Source: Trichosphaerium sp. ATCC 40318 (lineage: Eukaryota > Protista > Tubulinea). From it: a stretch of 64,000 nucleotides of DNA. The notes under the pieces are model-generated. The model was not told the DNA's origin. It saw only the letters and a list, made by a program, of their open reading frames with translations, and did no database searches. Position numbers and translations under genes: made by a program. Below, piece by piece: positions 25,872 through 38,220 of the stretch (position 1 is the stretch's first letter; every line of letters begins with the position of its first letter). The DNA is taken from the NCBI GenBank assembly GCA_038496445.1, contig JALMLS010000329.1, forward strand, positions 246,866 through 310,865, written 5' to 3'.

Positions 25872-26280
25872 TGTGCTGGTGCTGTGGTGATTTTAAAGTG
25901 AAGAGGCGGCTGAAATGGCTTTGCCGCGGGTCGTTCCCTAAATGTCAAACAAGTTCTTTTGCCAAAAAGCACCAAACGACTAAACAAGCGTAGTCTTCAC
26001 TATAATATCACTGTATTGAGTTGTTAACTGCTTTTCGTACAAGAAAACAGGTTTTATGCTTGATAGCAATGGAAACGACAAAAGGAGTGTACAGGTACAA
26101 TTTGACACCTAGCGTTGCCAAAAGAGAAAACAATGATGTGCAACTGTGACAAATGAAGAGCTAATCTTTTTCGTTGCATTTTTAACAGTTTACAAATTGG
26201 CTGAAACTCTATCACGTGCAAATACTACAATGTGTTATTGTTTGCTACGAAGGAACGCTAGAGTACCAGCTTACGGCCGT

Positions 26281-26973
26281 CTAATTGACTCTTTCCCCAT
26301 TTTTATAGCGTTCTATTGACACTCTTTTCCCATGTTCAAAGCGCTCTATTATCTGCTCTGCTCCAATGTTACACTGGCACACGCCATGCTTATTGCCATC
26401 CGTATACTCGACAGTTTTATACACAACACCTGACTGTCTATAACGTGATCGTCCATGCCGAATACCCATATTAAATTCTATTTCAAAACTAACACTTTTG
26501 AACCATCCTTTGTGTGTACCATGCTTTAATCCCTTGGCGTATGTTGTGTGTAGTTCTATTGTATCTGGCGAACTCATTAGCTTATGTACGCCAACCTTGA
26601 GCCCATCTTCGAATCGTCCCTCGTACTTGACAGAACCTTTTTCGTTGTCAAAGTATTTAGTAAACAGTCCATGTTTTTTTCCATTTTCGTAGGTGCAAGA
26701 TATAAAACGGTTTCCGCTGGGATAATGCCAAACACACTGACCGCACCTTTTGTCATCAATATATCGTATTAATGAGACAGTTCGTGAACTAGGTGGATCG
26801 TGATGCATAAAGTGCTCGTGAACTTCAAGAAACAAGCCATTACGTTTGACCCTTGGATTGTACCGCGTTTTATAAGCACAAACAGTACAGAGTATAGGCC
26901 ACACTCGTTTGACATTTGTGTTTAGTTCGCATATTTGGTATACTAGCTCTGGTGGTAGTGCTGTGATGGACAT
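26281..26973 (-). CDS. F-box-like + MORN-variant repeat protein, paralog 2 (intronless)
   Basis: ITALPPELVYQICEL, WPILC, then repeats YENGKKHGLFTKY, FEDGLKVG, YAKGLKHG. Confidence 0.85.
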   Translation of the reverse strand: MSITALPPELVYQICELNTNVKRVWPILCTVCAYKTRYNPRVKRNGLFLEVHEHFMHHDPPSSRTVSLIRYIDDKRCGQCVWHYPSGNRFISCTYENGKKHGLFTKYFDNEKGSVKYEGRFEDGLKVGVHKLMSSPDTIELHTTYAKGLKHGTHKGWFKSVSFEIEFNMGIRHGRSRYRQSGVVYKTVEYTDGNKHGVCQCNIGAEQIIERFEHGKRVSIERYKNGERVN

Positions 26974-27243
26974 AATAGAAATGCGTAATTTACAAGTTAA
27001 TAATACTCAAAACCGAAAATTCACTAAACCACACGTCACTTGCGTCCAGTGTTACAGAACGTTGTTCGTATACTATATGCTTTAACTATCCCAAAACCTT
27101 GACGAAATTCGAAGCGTTACTTAAGCAAACGCGACAAGTGGCTACATTAGGCTTATTCCCATTCTATGCAGAGTGTTATGAAGTACCTGGCTTGGTGATT
27201 GTGAACAGGGAGGCAGCGACGAGAATTTGTCGTAATTTTTTGG

Positions 27244-29547
27244 ATGTCACTATATTACTTGTCTCTTGACGAAGATGAGGTCAGCTATATAGATTCTTCG
27301 CGTCTTGTGAATGTTACAACAACACAGCAATTACCAATACACAATCCTTCAAAAGGCCGGAAACTGCTTAAATACCTTTTCTATAACGATGGTGCGCGTT
27401 TAACACGCCTACAGACTGCTTTATGGAGCATTATACTTGGACATTTAGGTATGCTTGTCGCCAGGCTCTATCTCTTCTGTTTAAAGGCGTTTATCAACAA
27501 CGTGTGGCGATTGCTCAATCACATTGGGAAAACGTCACAAAGTACGTGAAAAGTTGATTACATTTTCCAGCACAATCATTGTTGCTTACTTTTTAAGTAT
27601 TTTCTGGGAGATTCCACGCCTACAATCTGTTTTGGATATACTCCCTGTTAGGTGGACTATTGCTAGGTTTAGTTCTGACACTGGTGAGTCGATTTAATAC
27701 AACCACAGCTTTTGGAAACTCTTTCTATTTTTGTCCATTAGTTTTTTTTTTAGTTTCGAACACTTGCATGTTTTGAAACACTGGTCAGCGAATACTTATT
27801 CTTTTCAGATACCAAAGAGATTGCACTATGGTGTGGAAACATTTATTAAAGATAAACGCACACGTGGTGTTCTAGATTTTAAGTTTTGTATTCCTTTGGT
27901 GTTCATCACCTTTGTACGTTGTTGGCACTCAGCGATGAATACTTCCATTAAACGTAAAAGTAGATATCTATTGCTTTTGGATCAAGTGTTGGTCCAGAAG
28001 CTGCGGTTATCCTTATAGCTGGTACATTGGCATCAACAATCATAAAGAGAATCACCAAAGACAGAACATCGAGGAGAGTTCTTACTGCATGCACGACAGG
28101 TTCGTAATTCAGTAGCTTTATTGGCTCATCCTAACAACACTTGGAAGGCGCTGCTCTTGGAGGTTTTCTAAACTTGCCTGTACGATAATGTGGAACCTAT
28201 ACAATCTTATCCCACATTAGCTTGCTGGCGCTTTGTTTGTACTAGAGTTAATGAGTCCTAACTCAATTGAATTTGGAGAAGCTGTCTGGCCAGCTGTAAG
28301 AACAACCTTTTAGTTATTACTATTACAATTATTCTCTGACATCTCCTAGATTGTCGCTGCATTATCTAGTGCTATAATCAATGATCTTATACCTGGCCTT
28401 GCAACAGATACACCTTTTACTTTCATGACTGATTCGGATCAAATTGAACTTGGTATTGCTGACATCAAAACAACATGTGTTAATATCTTTTGTAGGAAGA
28501 CATTTTTTTTTTGTTAGCTTGCCAATAGGTACTACTAACAATTACGACAACAATTCTGTCATTAAGTAATGCGATTTGAAAGGTGTATTGGGAGGACTTA
28601 TAGCTGTACTATTCGTATACTTGACCAGAAGTTTTAAAGCAATCAAGGAGGTACAATATATTCCACACCTGTTGATCTTTAACACGCCTAGACCCTCAAA
28701 CTTCATCCTATTTTTTACTGTAGTGTTACTGGTTTGATTATAGGAATGGTCGGCATAATGTTCCCATCTACTCTATTCTGGAGTGAGGTTGAGTGTTTAT
28801 CTTTTGTTGGCACGTATTAGTACTAAAAGAACTGTATAGAATCAAATGAGGTATTTGATTACTGAAGGAGTTGAACCGCTAGCACACTTTGATAATATCA
28901 AAGGTCTTATCAGCATGGTATGATACAATTGTTTCCAAAGAGCCTAAATCTGCTAGGGCGCTGATGGACAATGGAAGTGGTATTGGCTACTTCTTATGGC
29001 TGGAATGAAACTAATTGTGATTGCTGTATGTGTTGCATCGGGCTTTATAGGAGGTATAATATTTCCGTTGTTCTTTGTGGGTGCTGCTATTGGTACGGTT
29101 GATTGTGCAACATCAAACACACTATTTACAAATAAATACAGGTAAAGCGATAGCTAAAATCTGTTTGCCTGGACTTGAGCACATTCTCATTATAGCAACA
29201 GCTGGTGCCATAGAATCAGCCGTTACAAGAACGCCTTTATCTACGGCAATCGCCATAGGATCTCTGTATTCAGCACCATCGGTTCGTAGTGAGACAAATC
29301 ACGGGGTTTTTATTCTCATTTTTTTCGTTAGAACCAGTCTTATGGTCATATATTGACAATTGTTGCATTAACTAACTTTACAAGCACTCTAACAGTGCTT
29401 AATTTGAATTTTTTCAGATCCGCATTTAATGATCCCTCAGCAGAGAGGAACAATAATAATGCCAATATCAACGGATCGACAACAGCAATCAATGCGCTTA
29501 CAACACAAATCTCAGAAGAAGAAATCGGTTTATTGAGTGACAGCTAA
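27244..29547 (+). CDS. ClC-family chloride channel/transporter, prokaryote-like, no CBS domains seen (start approximate)
   Basis: Spliced motifs GSSVGPEAAV, PSTLFWSE, GLIGGIIFPLFFVGAAIG, AVTRTPLS; many TM helices. Confidence 0.85.
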
Positions 29548-29781
29548 CACATGATGCTCACCTAACTGTAAAATATATAAACGGACAGTACTCTTATCGA
29601 AGGCACTATGAGTACATTCGCTTAATAATCAGAGAATGTTCACATTTGGTTCATTTGCAAGGAGGCTAACTTATTTTCACAACTTGCGACTTACATTAAT
29701 TTGTAATTGCACAATCTATCACACGTTCACAACAAGCCACTCCACCGGACCATAATAGCAATATTACGCATAGCAAAGCGT

Positions 29782-32160
29782 ATGGTAACTTGTTACCAGT
29801 TATCGCTATGTATTTGCGTTTTAGCGCTAGTCCCAATATCTGTGGGTTGGCGTACTCGCACTGTTGGGTATTGTACGCAACTTTACCGTTTATGGCGTAT
29901 TTGGTTATAAATTGACGCTTTTGTTTAGATGCAAACAACCCCAGCTGCGATTCGTATGTGGTTAAAGGTTTAAGCGAGCAGCTCATCAAACACACAATAT
30001 GTAGACATCCCGGTGTATTCGAATCTGTAGCTGGGCTACGAGGAGTCACTTTTGGTAGAAATGCATACCCGTAAGGTGTTTTTAATATAAAATTGTCGAT
30101 GAAACACCAAAAACAGTTTTTACCTTATTGATCGATCTTAGTTGGCTACAGCCTCGTGCTGCCCAAGCACTAAGAAGAGCTGCTCGGAGTGGTACCCGAA
30201 TTACTATAAACGCTGGATTGCGTTCTTTCCCACAAGCTGTATTGTTCAAACATTGGGAAGGGAGTTGCAACATTCAACTAGCAGCTACACCAGGTACGGC
30301 TTTAAGCCTTGTTCCCAGGTTCCTTTTTTTTTTGAACTTTTATTTGCTCATCACGTTGAAGGCCTTAGCAATCATAACATTGGTATGGCAATTGATGTGA
30401 ATGGCGGTGGCACACGGGCAATAAAAAACGCGTTGACAAGGGCAGGGTTTGAGTGGTATGGTATTAATGATGTTCCGCACTACTACATTGTGCCAAACGA
30501 AAACGAGCGACTTCCTGGTGAATCTGTCAAGGTTTTCCAGATGTTGTGGAACTACAACTACCCGGATAAAAAAATTAAAGTCGATGGCATTTTTTCCAAA
30601 GGAGGTGAAACAGATATTGCAATTCGTAAAACATCTGTCAAAGGTTTTCGTAGAGAACCTCCTTGTGTACCACTATCGGGTTCTAGTGGAAGCACTCCAA
30701 GAACACCGAAAACACCAAGAAATAGAAACCCAAGACCTAATGTCTTGCCTTACGGTCCTACACAGAGACCTAATTACGGCGCTTGCACTGTCGACAACTA
30801 CAAGGGGACTTGTATTTCGACTAGCGATTGTGCAAAGAAGCAAGGATTCAGGCCTTCTCCAGGTTTTTGTTCTGGTCCAAATCATATACAATGCTGTGTA
30901 CGAAAGCCTAGTGTGTATGGTCCTACACAGAAACCCACTCATGGCACTTGCACTGTCAACAATCATAAGGGGACTTGTATTTCAACTAGCGATTGTGCAA
31001 AGAAGCAAGGATTCAGACCTTCTCCAGGTTTTTGTTCCGGTCCAACTCACATACAATGTTGTGTGCAAAGTCTGACTGTGTCACCTAAACCTACACCGCA
31101 ACCCAGCCATGGTAATTGCACTGTTGACAACCACACGGGGACTTGTATTTCAACTGGAGATTGCGCAAAGAAACAAGGATTCCAGTCTTCTCCAGGATTT
31201 TGCTCTGGTCCTGAGCACATACAATGTTGTGTACAAAGGCACGTGTTTAATACCTTGGCATTGTATTAACGTTTTGTGCAGAGAAAGGCAGAACGATACG
31301 CAACACGATAATAAAGAGGCAGAACCAGTTGAGGAAGTAAAGGCAGTAGAGGTGTATGTCAACTCAAACATGAACTTGGACGCTATTGGTGTCCGATTCA
31401 TACGTTTAAAAGTGTCTTTCAAGCCCTCCTTTTATTATGATGCCAATGGCAGGCGTACCATTGGTTTTGCACATACATGCCCTTCTCGCAATTGCGATGA
31501 TCTTATTGCAAGGAACAGCATTGGCATGGTACACTCCTTGTTTGATTGCTATATGTTGTACTAACAGTTGTTCAATTAGGTATACCCCGTTGTCTTCGAA
31601 AACGGTACGTTGCCACTGGAGCAAGGAAGAGATTTATTGCGTAATGATGTAGAACAATATTCCAATGCTGTCCGGTAAGTGAAGGTTTTTTGATTGGATT
31701 GAACTATTGCTTACAGTGCAATGTAGAACACTCACAACTAGAAAGTTAGCACAAAACGAGTTCAACGCACTTGTCTCCTTCACGTTCAATGTGGGTGTCA
31801 CCAACTTTAATACTTCTACGCTGCTTAGATTGGTGAATAAAGGTGAAACAAGCGAACGTACGAACTGAATACAACCTTTCTTTTTTTGTTTAATTGGAGA
31901 TTTATTAATGGTCCACAGGTAAAATATCCATGGCATTTCAGCTATTCAGCAAGGCCACTATTCCTGGGTATCGTAAAAGAGAGGCTAGATTATTCTTTGG
32001 ACACTACTATGCCGGTGATTATAGAGACGACAAAACATGTTATGTAAATAACATTAGAGGAGCCTGTATGCACGTCCTCACGTGTGCTCGCCAAGGGAAG
32101 CGCATCAGGGCTGGTATATGTCCAGGTCCGAATGAAATTCGATGTTGTTATGACGAATGA
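29782..32160 (+). CDS. Secreted multidomain peptidoglycan hydrolase: M15 Zn-peptidase + PG-binding domain + 3 Cys-rich repeats + GH24 lysozyme-like domain + 4th Cys-rich repeat
   Basis: Signal peptide MVTCYQLSLCICVLALV. M15 motifs AATPGLSNHNIGMAID and DVPHY. PG-binding-like VKVFQMLWN..KVDGIF. GH24 motifs YYDANGRRTIGFAH, LLRNDVEQY, QNEFNALVSFTFNVG, STLLRLVNKG. Confidence 0.85.
30751..31236 (+). repeat. Three coding tandem repeats (~165 nt) encoding CTVxNxxGTCISTxDCAKKQGFxxSPGFCSGPxHIQCC
   Basis: Near-identical DNA units starting at ~30751, ~30916 and ~31095. Confidence 0.95.
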
Positions 32161-32423
32161 TCTCAAATACGCAAACACGTGTATTGGACAACGTGTGCTT
32201 GCACTAAAGTAGCAAGTACTATCATTTTATGTAAAGATAAATAAATTTATCCATTTTAAGTATTTTATTGTGGTTGCTTGTATATCAATTTAAATTAGTC
32301 AATGCTATCTCGTATTGTTGATGTCCTTTGTACAACTTAAGAGTTGTTGGTGTGCAGTTCAATTGTATTGCTGATTTTTTAATAGAAGCGACGGACTAAT
32401 CTCAGTTTTGGAGCAACTTCAAT

Positions 32424-33114
32424 TTAAGGTTGGGAGTTGTTGTTTTGAGATACTAAGGATGTTCTGTATGCACGAAGTTGATCTCTAAATCCTTGATTCG
32501 GTGAGATGATCTTTCTGCCAGCCTTAGTAATAGCGAATGCTTCCTTTGTTGTAGGAAATAAGCTCACGTGTTACTTTTTTTGTGGTTGTTCATCTTACCT
32601 CGAATGAAACATTCAGCGCTCTGATCAGATAGCCAATCACGATAGACGCACTTCTGGACTTACCCCGTGCACTAGGAGCGATTGTCAGTCAGGGTTTTCA
32701 CAAATCGTCACAGAATCAGTACCAGTGCACCAGAACAGTACCATTCGCGTCGATTGCATCTTTAATAAACGTATAAGCAGCTTTTACATCGTTTGTAATG
32801 TCGTAAATAGGTAAATCGATAGAACGCAATCGTTTATACGTCAAGTCCTACTAGGGGTTAGTCAAACAAAAATATGGGCTTTTATGTATACATTAGGATA
32901 TTTGGCCGTTAAACCAAACCCACAAACTGCTGATGCGTTAGTGTATACAGGTGCACGAGTGCGCGCCTAAAACATGCGTAATGTGTAGGTTTTGTAGCTG
33001 TTGAAGCTCTACATGTGCTGCATCCTCAGAACCTAAAACGAGTCAGCAATTGTACCTCTCACATTTTCTACCAAGGTATAACCCTTCAACTATCTTGTTG
33101 GCGTCGAACTCCAT
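32424..33114 (-). CDS. Atypical dual-specificity protein phosphatase
   Basis: Spliced: MEFDANKIVEGLYLGSEDAA, IDLP, VLVHC|ARGKSRSASIVIGYL, ISPNQGFRDQL. Absent from the ORF track because the exons are short. Confidence 0.92.
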
Positions 33115-33454
33115 TGTTTAGTATGTCCAATTTTGAATATACTTGAAATGATTTTACACCAAATTCGTCAAAAGGTATTGAATTTTCGAATAAATTCGCA
33201 CAGCTCGTTAATAAAACTGAATTGGTGACTTAAACCAGTTTACAACGCCAGAACGAAACGGGAAGTGTTAATGGGAATCGTTACAAAACCTCTACACCTG
33301 ACTGTAGATACAATCAGAAAAGTGATTGTGGCTAAAAATTATGTCGTAGCAGTCAACCAAGAATCAACAAGTTTTTTTGTTAAACCAAAACGAGAAAACG
33401 ACTACCTAAACAATTTGTTAAGCCGTATAAAAGGCACATACAACAAAATACCAA

Positions 33455-35793
33455 ATGATACTGCTTCGTTTTCTCCTTCTATTTGTGTTGTACAATGTTA
33501 CATATGGTACCAAGGACCCTACAAACAGTACGATTGTTTCGTTTTTAGGCGCATTTAAAACTGATAGGCATACCTCAAAGCGATGTGAAATTTGGTACTC
33601 GTACGTTGTACTTTGTGGTGCGCTCGCTGACGTTAATGTTTTAAGGTACTCACGTGGCCATATCGAAAGAAGTTGGAACATTCCGTGCGGTTAATGCCTT
33701 TTCATTTCGTTCACTCTTTGTTGTAGGTGTTGTAGCGGCCAATGCGACAGCAGTTCAAGTTTTCACAAATAACTTTACTATTCAACAAGTGTCTAGCGTT
33801 GCTAGTATAGCTGTAGACATCAGTCACGATGGCTCAAGAGTTGCCATCACTGACGGCAATACCATTTCTATTTTAGACTAGTACGTTAGCACAAAAATAT
33901 CCATCTAACTGACGTCAGTAACATGGGCTGGGGACCCACCTGTAGTATCGCACTCAGTGCTTATGGTGCGGTATCACTGATTTAGCTTTGTCTTCTAAAT
34001 AATTCTAGATTCGTCGTTAACAATGTCGGGTAATGGAGAAGGTAAGCAGTCGACGCTCCTTTTGTAGTAATATGTCATAGTGGTAGCGTATATTAACGGG
34101 GGGGCTATGACAATTCACTCAGTTGCAAATCCCGTACCGCACTACGAATCTGCTAGTAGGCTTCACGTAGCGATAGCACTATCAAGAGATGGTATTTGCG
34201 TAAGTAGTGGCATAATCTAACAAAATGCTCAGGTAATCGGTGTGTTGGTGTAGAAAGGAGTGGTAACGTTTCGCTGCACACCAAAGATACAGGTAATATG
34301 TACAGTCGCGAGTCCCTTTGGACTATACCGCAGGTACGATCGGATGTTGATGTGGCTATATCCAGAGATGGGAAAGTGATCGTTATTGTGAGTGAAGCTA
34401 TCCATATATTTCAAAATCAGAGTGGCACGTGGACCAATTTCACTTTCAACAGAACTGAGGAAAGCCCCATGGGAGCGACCGTCAGTGTTTCAAATAACGG
34501 TAGCTATATAGCTGTATCAAGTACACTACTGTTGTTTGAAATCTAGTATTTACCACCTGATTTAGGCTTTGATATTGTGAATTTGTATAAGTGGCCACTA
34601 GGAGACGCTACACTGCGCTTAGAGGATAACTTTGATGCTCTCAACTTTTCAATAGGTTGTAATATGGCAATACCACTTGTTAACCTTGTGCTAGGAGCCG
34701 CTCTGTTGGATGGTGATGCTGAAAATCTGATATTGGGGGAAACGAGTTTTAATCCTGAAGAGGGCCTTTTAGTACACTATACTTTAGCGCCAGAACCTCC
34801 AACTCAAACACCCACATTAAACCCAACTGCATCGCCACCAACTGCACCGCCATCAACTACGTCACCACCCACAACACCGCCCGCGGATACGCAAGAATGT
34901 ACTTCAAGCGTTGGAGGACAGATCGGGACCTGTATGGATGGTGTAGTAGGTCAGTGAACAATCCTTTAAAAGCTTAGTAATGACCATGTCATAAAGTTAT
35001 AAACGAAACCGTTACGACCAACTCTACATCGACGATTGACGAGATCATTATAATCATTGGTGATATTGTGATTGGCACAGAGTCAGTTATAAACATTGCT
35101 CCAACCCTGTTCGGGTACAAACCAAAAATATTAAAAACTTTACTTACAAAGTACAGGAAAAATGGATCAGTTGTACAAGTTAATGGACAGGCGACTTTTG
35201 ATGGCACATTGGTTATAACAGGAACCAGTAAAGAGTTGGACGGTAGAGTGACAGTATTCTCGTTTGATCAATCAGAAGGCAAATTTGAGAGTATCAAGGT
35301 ACCAATCTAGATGCCCTGTAATGGTGATCTACTAGAACTTCAATAGGTTAACCTCACTGACGACGAGTGTAAAGAAATTGAAGCTAAACCAGATTACACC
35401 GCGAAGAGTTTGATCGTAACTTTCGACACCAAGGTAAACTGAAAAGTGGTTGCCTGTTATCATTGCTTATCTTACTTGAAGGATATTTGCTCAAACGACA
35501 GTAACTTGGTCCCCATACTCAGTGGCGTACTAATCGCGTAAGTATTTTAAGCCGACTGTTGTTTAGCTAAAATATCTTACCGCATTTGTTAGAGTGCTCA
35601 TCTGTTTGGTGGTGATTGCCGTTCTCGTAGTACTCTTCGTACCTGCCGTTAAACATCGCGTGTTGCCTTACCGCTCCAAAAGTACTACATTCTTTTAGAG
35701 CATCTATGCCAAGCGCTAACGAACTTAGAACATTACCGCAAATCTAGAAGTAAAAAGAACAAAGTACACGTCGTAGAACAACCAATGGACTGA
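33455..35793 (+). CDS. Type I membrane glycoprotein (beta-propeller-like repeats, Pro/Thr stalk, beta-rich domain, C-terminal TM)
   Basis: Signal peptide; repeats VDISHDGSRVAI / VAISRDGKVIV / VSVSNNGSYIAV; PPTQTPTLNPTASPPT stalk; TM VLICLVVIAVLVVLFV. Confidence 0.7.
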
Positions 35794-35985
35794 TATCTAC
35801 TCTCTGAAGTGACATCACGTGTGCAATTATTATTAAACCTACTACTTTTGTTATGAAATTTTTTCGAACAGATAACCTTCAGCCAACGGAGTAATGTTGG
35901 TTTTATACCTCATCCAAAGAAAAAAAGTTAGCACGTGATTTTTTTTTTCAACCAAAAAATAGATTTTAACGCATTCCAACTTTAT

Positions 35986-37143
35986 TCACTTTACAACGTC
36001 CTCGCCACATCGATTACTTAGCCTCTCATCTGTGAGTTTATCCATATCGTACTGACAAGTCTTGTAAAGCTGACCATCTTTAAAATATGTACATTCACCA
36101 TGCAAACTGCCTTATACATATTGACAGTCTGTGAGCACGTTACCATCTTCATCCCATGTCATGTACGGTCCATCTAGCACATCGTCCTTAAAGTAGCATA
36201 ATTTGATCCGTTTCCCGTTGGCGTTCTTGACCGTATATTGCCCATGTCTTTTCCCATTGTTGTATGTACACTGTGTCTGCTCGAACTTGTATTCACCGTG
36301 GTAATTGCCGTCCTTATATGTACACTCTTTATGAACGGATCCATCTTGATTCCAAGCCATGCACTTGCCATGTTTGACACCGTTGACAAATATTGTTTCT
36401 TCTTCTATTTGCCCATTCTTATGCCATTTTGTACATTTACCATGTCTCAGGCCTGCCTCGTACACGTCGTGCATGTATTTCGATCCATCATCGTAAAATC
36501 GTTTACAAACCCCTTGTAGCTGACCACGTTCATACGAGCTTTCCTCTGAAAGCTTACCATTGTCATACCACCACTCGTATAGGCCTACCCATCGCCCATT
36601 CTCGTATTTACAACTCTCTTTCTTGTTCCCATTATCATACCACTTCTCATGCTTACCAACAACAACACCATTGTCATAACAGCACTTTAAGGCGGGTAGG
36701 CCACTGCGGAACCAAGTAGCATAGTGGCCTTGTGGGATACCTGCTTTGTATGTACACTTCTTCTTTATGTTACCGTTGGGGTACCACATGCAGAAAGGTC
36801 CGTCCAATGTTCCATTGTCGTAGACACAATGTAAATACGGACGCCTAGGGCTGTAGTATCTATTGAATCGTCCGTGCTTCACCAGAGCTGAGTTGTATCT
36901 ACTTGTTACAGCAGCTTTGAAGCATAGAGAAGGCCATTGGGTGTAAAGTGTGTTGCACAGATCGGTAATGGAGAAGTGTAGTTCTATTGGTAAGTCCAGT
37001 AGGCGTTTTGTACGTTCGTAATCTTCGGGACAGATCCTAGCTAGTGTGAGTACGCTTTGTGAAAATACACCGTTCGAATTAGTAAAGACGATGTTTCGCT
37101 TCCTAATCTCCGGAACGGTTTTTGGAGGAACGAAACGGTACAT
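35986..37143 (-). pseudogene. F-box-like + MORN-variant repeat protein, paralog 3, with in-frame TAA at 36112-36114 (truncated gene, pseudogene or read-through)
   Basis: LLDLPIELHFSITDL and ~11 repeats. After DCQYV-TAA the same frame continues GSLHGECTYFKDGQLYKTCQY.. for 41 codons to a TGA at 35986-35988 that overlaps AATAAA. Confidence 0.75.
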
Positions 37144-37624
37144 CGTTTCTGGTACAACATGACACGCCTAGGTACCTTTTTGTTGGCTCCATCGTTGTAA
37201 AGCATCGGGTACAGCCAGCACAATCAAAGATACTACGCTGCGAGTGCTAGCGTGTAAGTAGTTACGTTTAGAAGTAATGTAGCGATAAAACGTCAATGAG
37301 CAGCGCCTCGAGTTACGACTTGTATAGGTGTAGTGTAGATTTATGATTAAAATGATAGATTAAACTAAATAGATGTAATTTTATGTAGGCCATTTTTTCC
37401 CGCGGCAAAAAATCTGTGCAGGAACCGGTTTTTTACTGCCGATTTGAACCACTCTGGTACAGCCGTTTACAGTACCGTAATTCTCTGAATATTTTGATTT
37501 GTTAGCATAGAAAACTTAAATGTTTGCGCGTATCGCTTGCATAGCTGGGCTTCCTGGTAAGATACTTCGCAGTTGTGTTGCTAACAAACTCTGAGGCGTA
37601 TTATGGGCTTTACACGCGAATGCG

Positions 37625-38127
37625 ATGACAGTTGGCGCTGAAAGCACCTCTACGCTCATTGCTGACCATTGTTTCAAGTGTGGTACGCTCAACAAGCTCG
37701 ACGACGCAACATTGGAAGCGTTCAAGAAGCAGGTAGGGTACAATCTAAAGATCTAACTAAATAAATCAAAGATAAACCCTAGCTGGGAAACAAACGAAGA
37801 TTCCACAGTTCTCAGCCGTTCATGGCGCGCAAAAAACTTTTTGGAGGTTCATTGATAATTTGGCATTTAATGCGTTAACTTGTCGTAGGGAATGAGGTTC
37901 ATGACCGTAGTAGGCAACATAGCCGAAAAAGAATTACACCACCCCAACATGCATCTCACAAAGTACGTCCCTAGTGACCCTTGAATTTATGTGACACTTG
38001 CACTAGTTGGAACAAAGTAACAATGGAGCTTAACACATTTTCGGCTGGAGGGTTAACAGAAAATGACTTTGTCATGGCAAAACTAATAGATCAAGTCCCA
38101 ATAGAGCTAAGAAAACCTCGTACATAA
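37625..38127 (+). CDS. PCBD: Pterin-4-alpha-carbinolamine dehydratase
   Basis: RSWRAKNF, IAEKELHHPNMHLTNWNKV, TFSAGGLTENDFVMAKLID. Confidence 0.9.
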
Positions 38128-38220
38128 TCTAAATAAATAAACAAGCTTTCCAACGAGGTGTCAAAATGTACACAAGTCATTAAACTTCTCACTGTTAGTT
38201 TCTGATAAAAAAGGTATTGC

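Noticed and set aside
36112-36114. Stop-codon reassignment (TAA as a sense codon)
   Set aside because: Conserved genes end in TAA (RPS3A, AlkB, PCBD) or TAG (PSMB5, Brr2), others end in TGA, and long conserved exons have no in-frame stops.
16151-37143. ~10-kb periodic spacing of the three F-box-MORN genes
   Set aside because: Only three points, with no copies near 6, 46 or 56 kb; probably chance.
16151-37143. An integrated giant-virus segment, or transposons carrying the MORN genes
   Set aside because: No viral core genes, transposase, TIRs or TSDs seen; the neighbours are ordinary intron-rich host genes.
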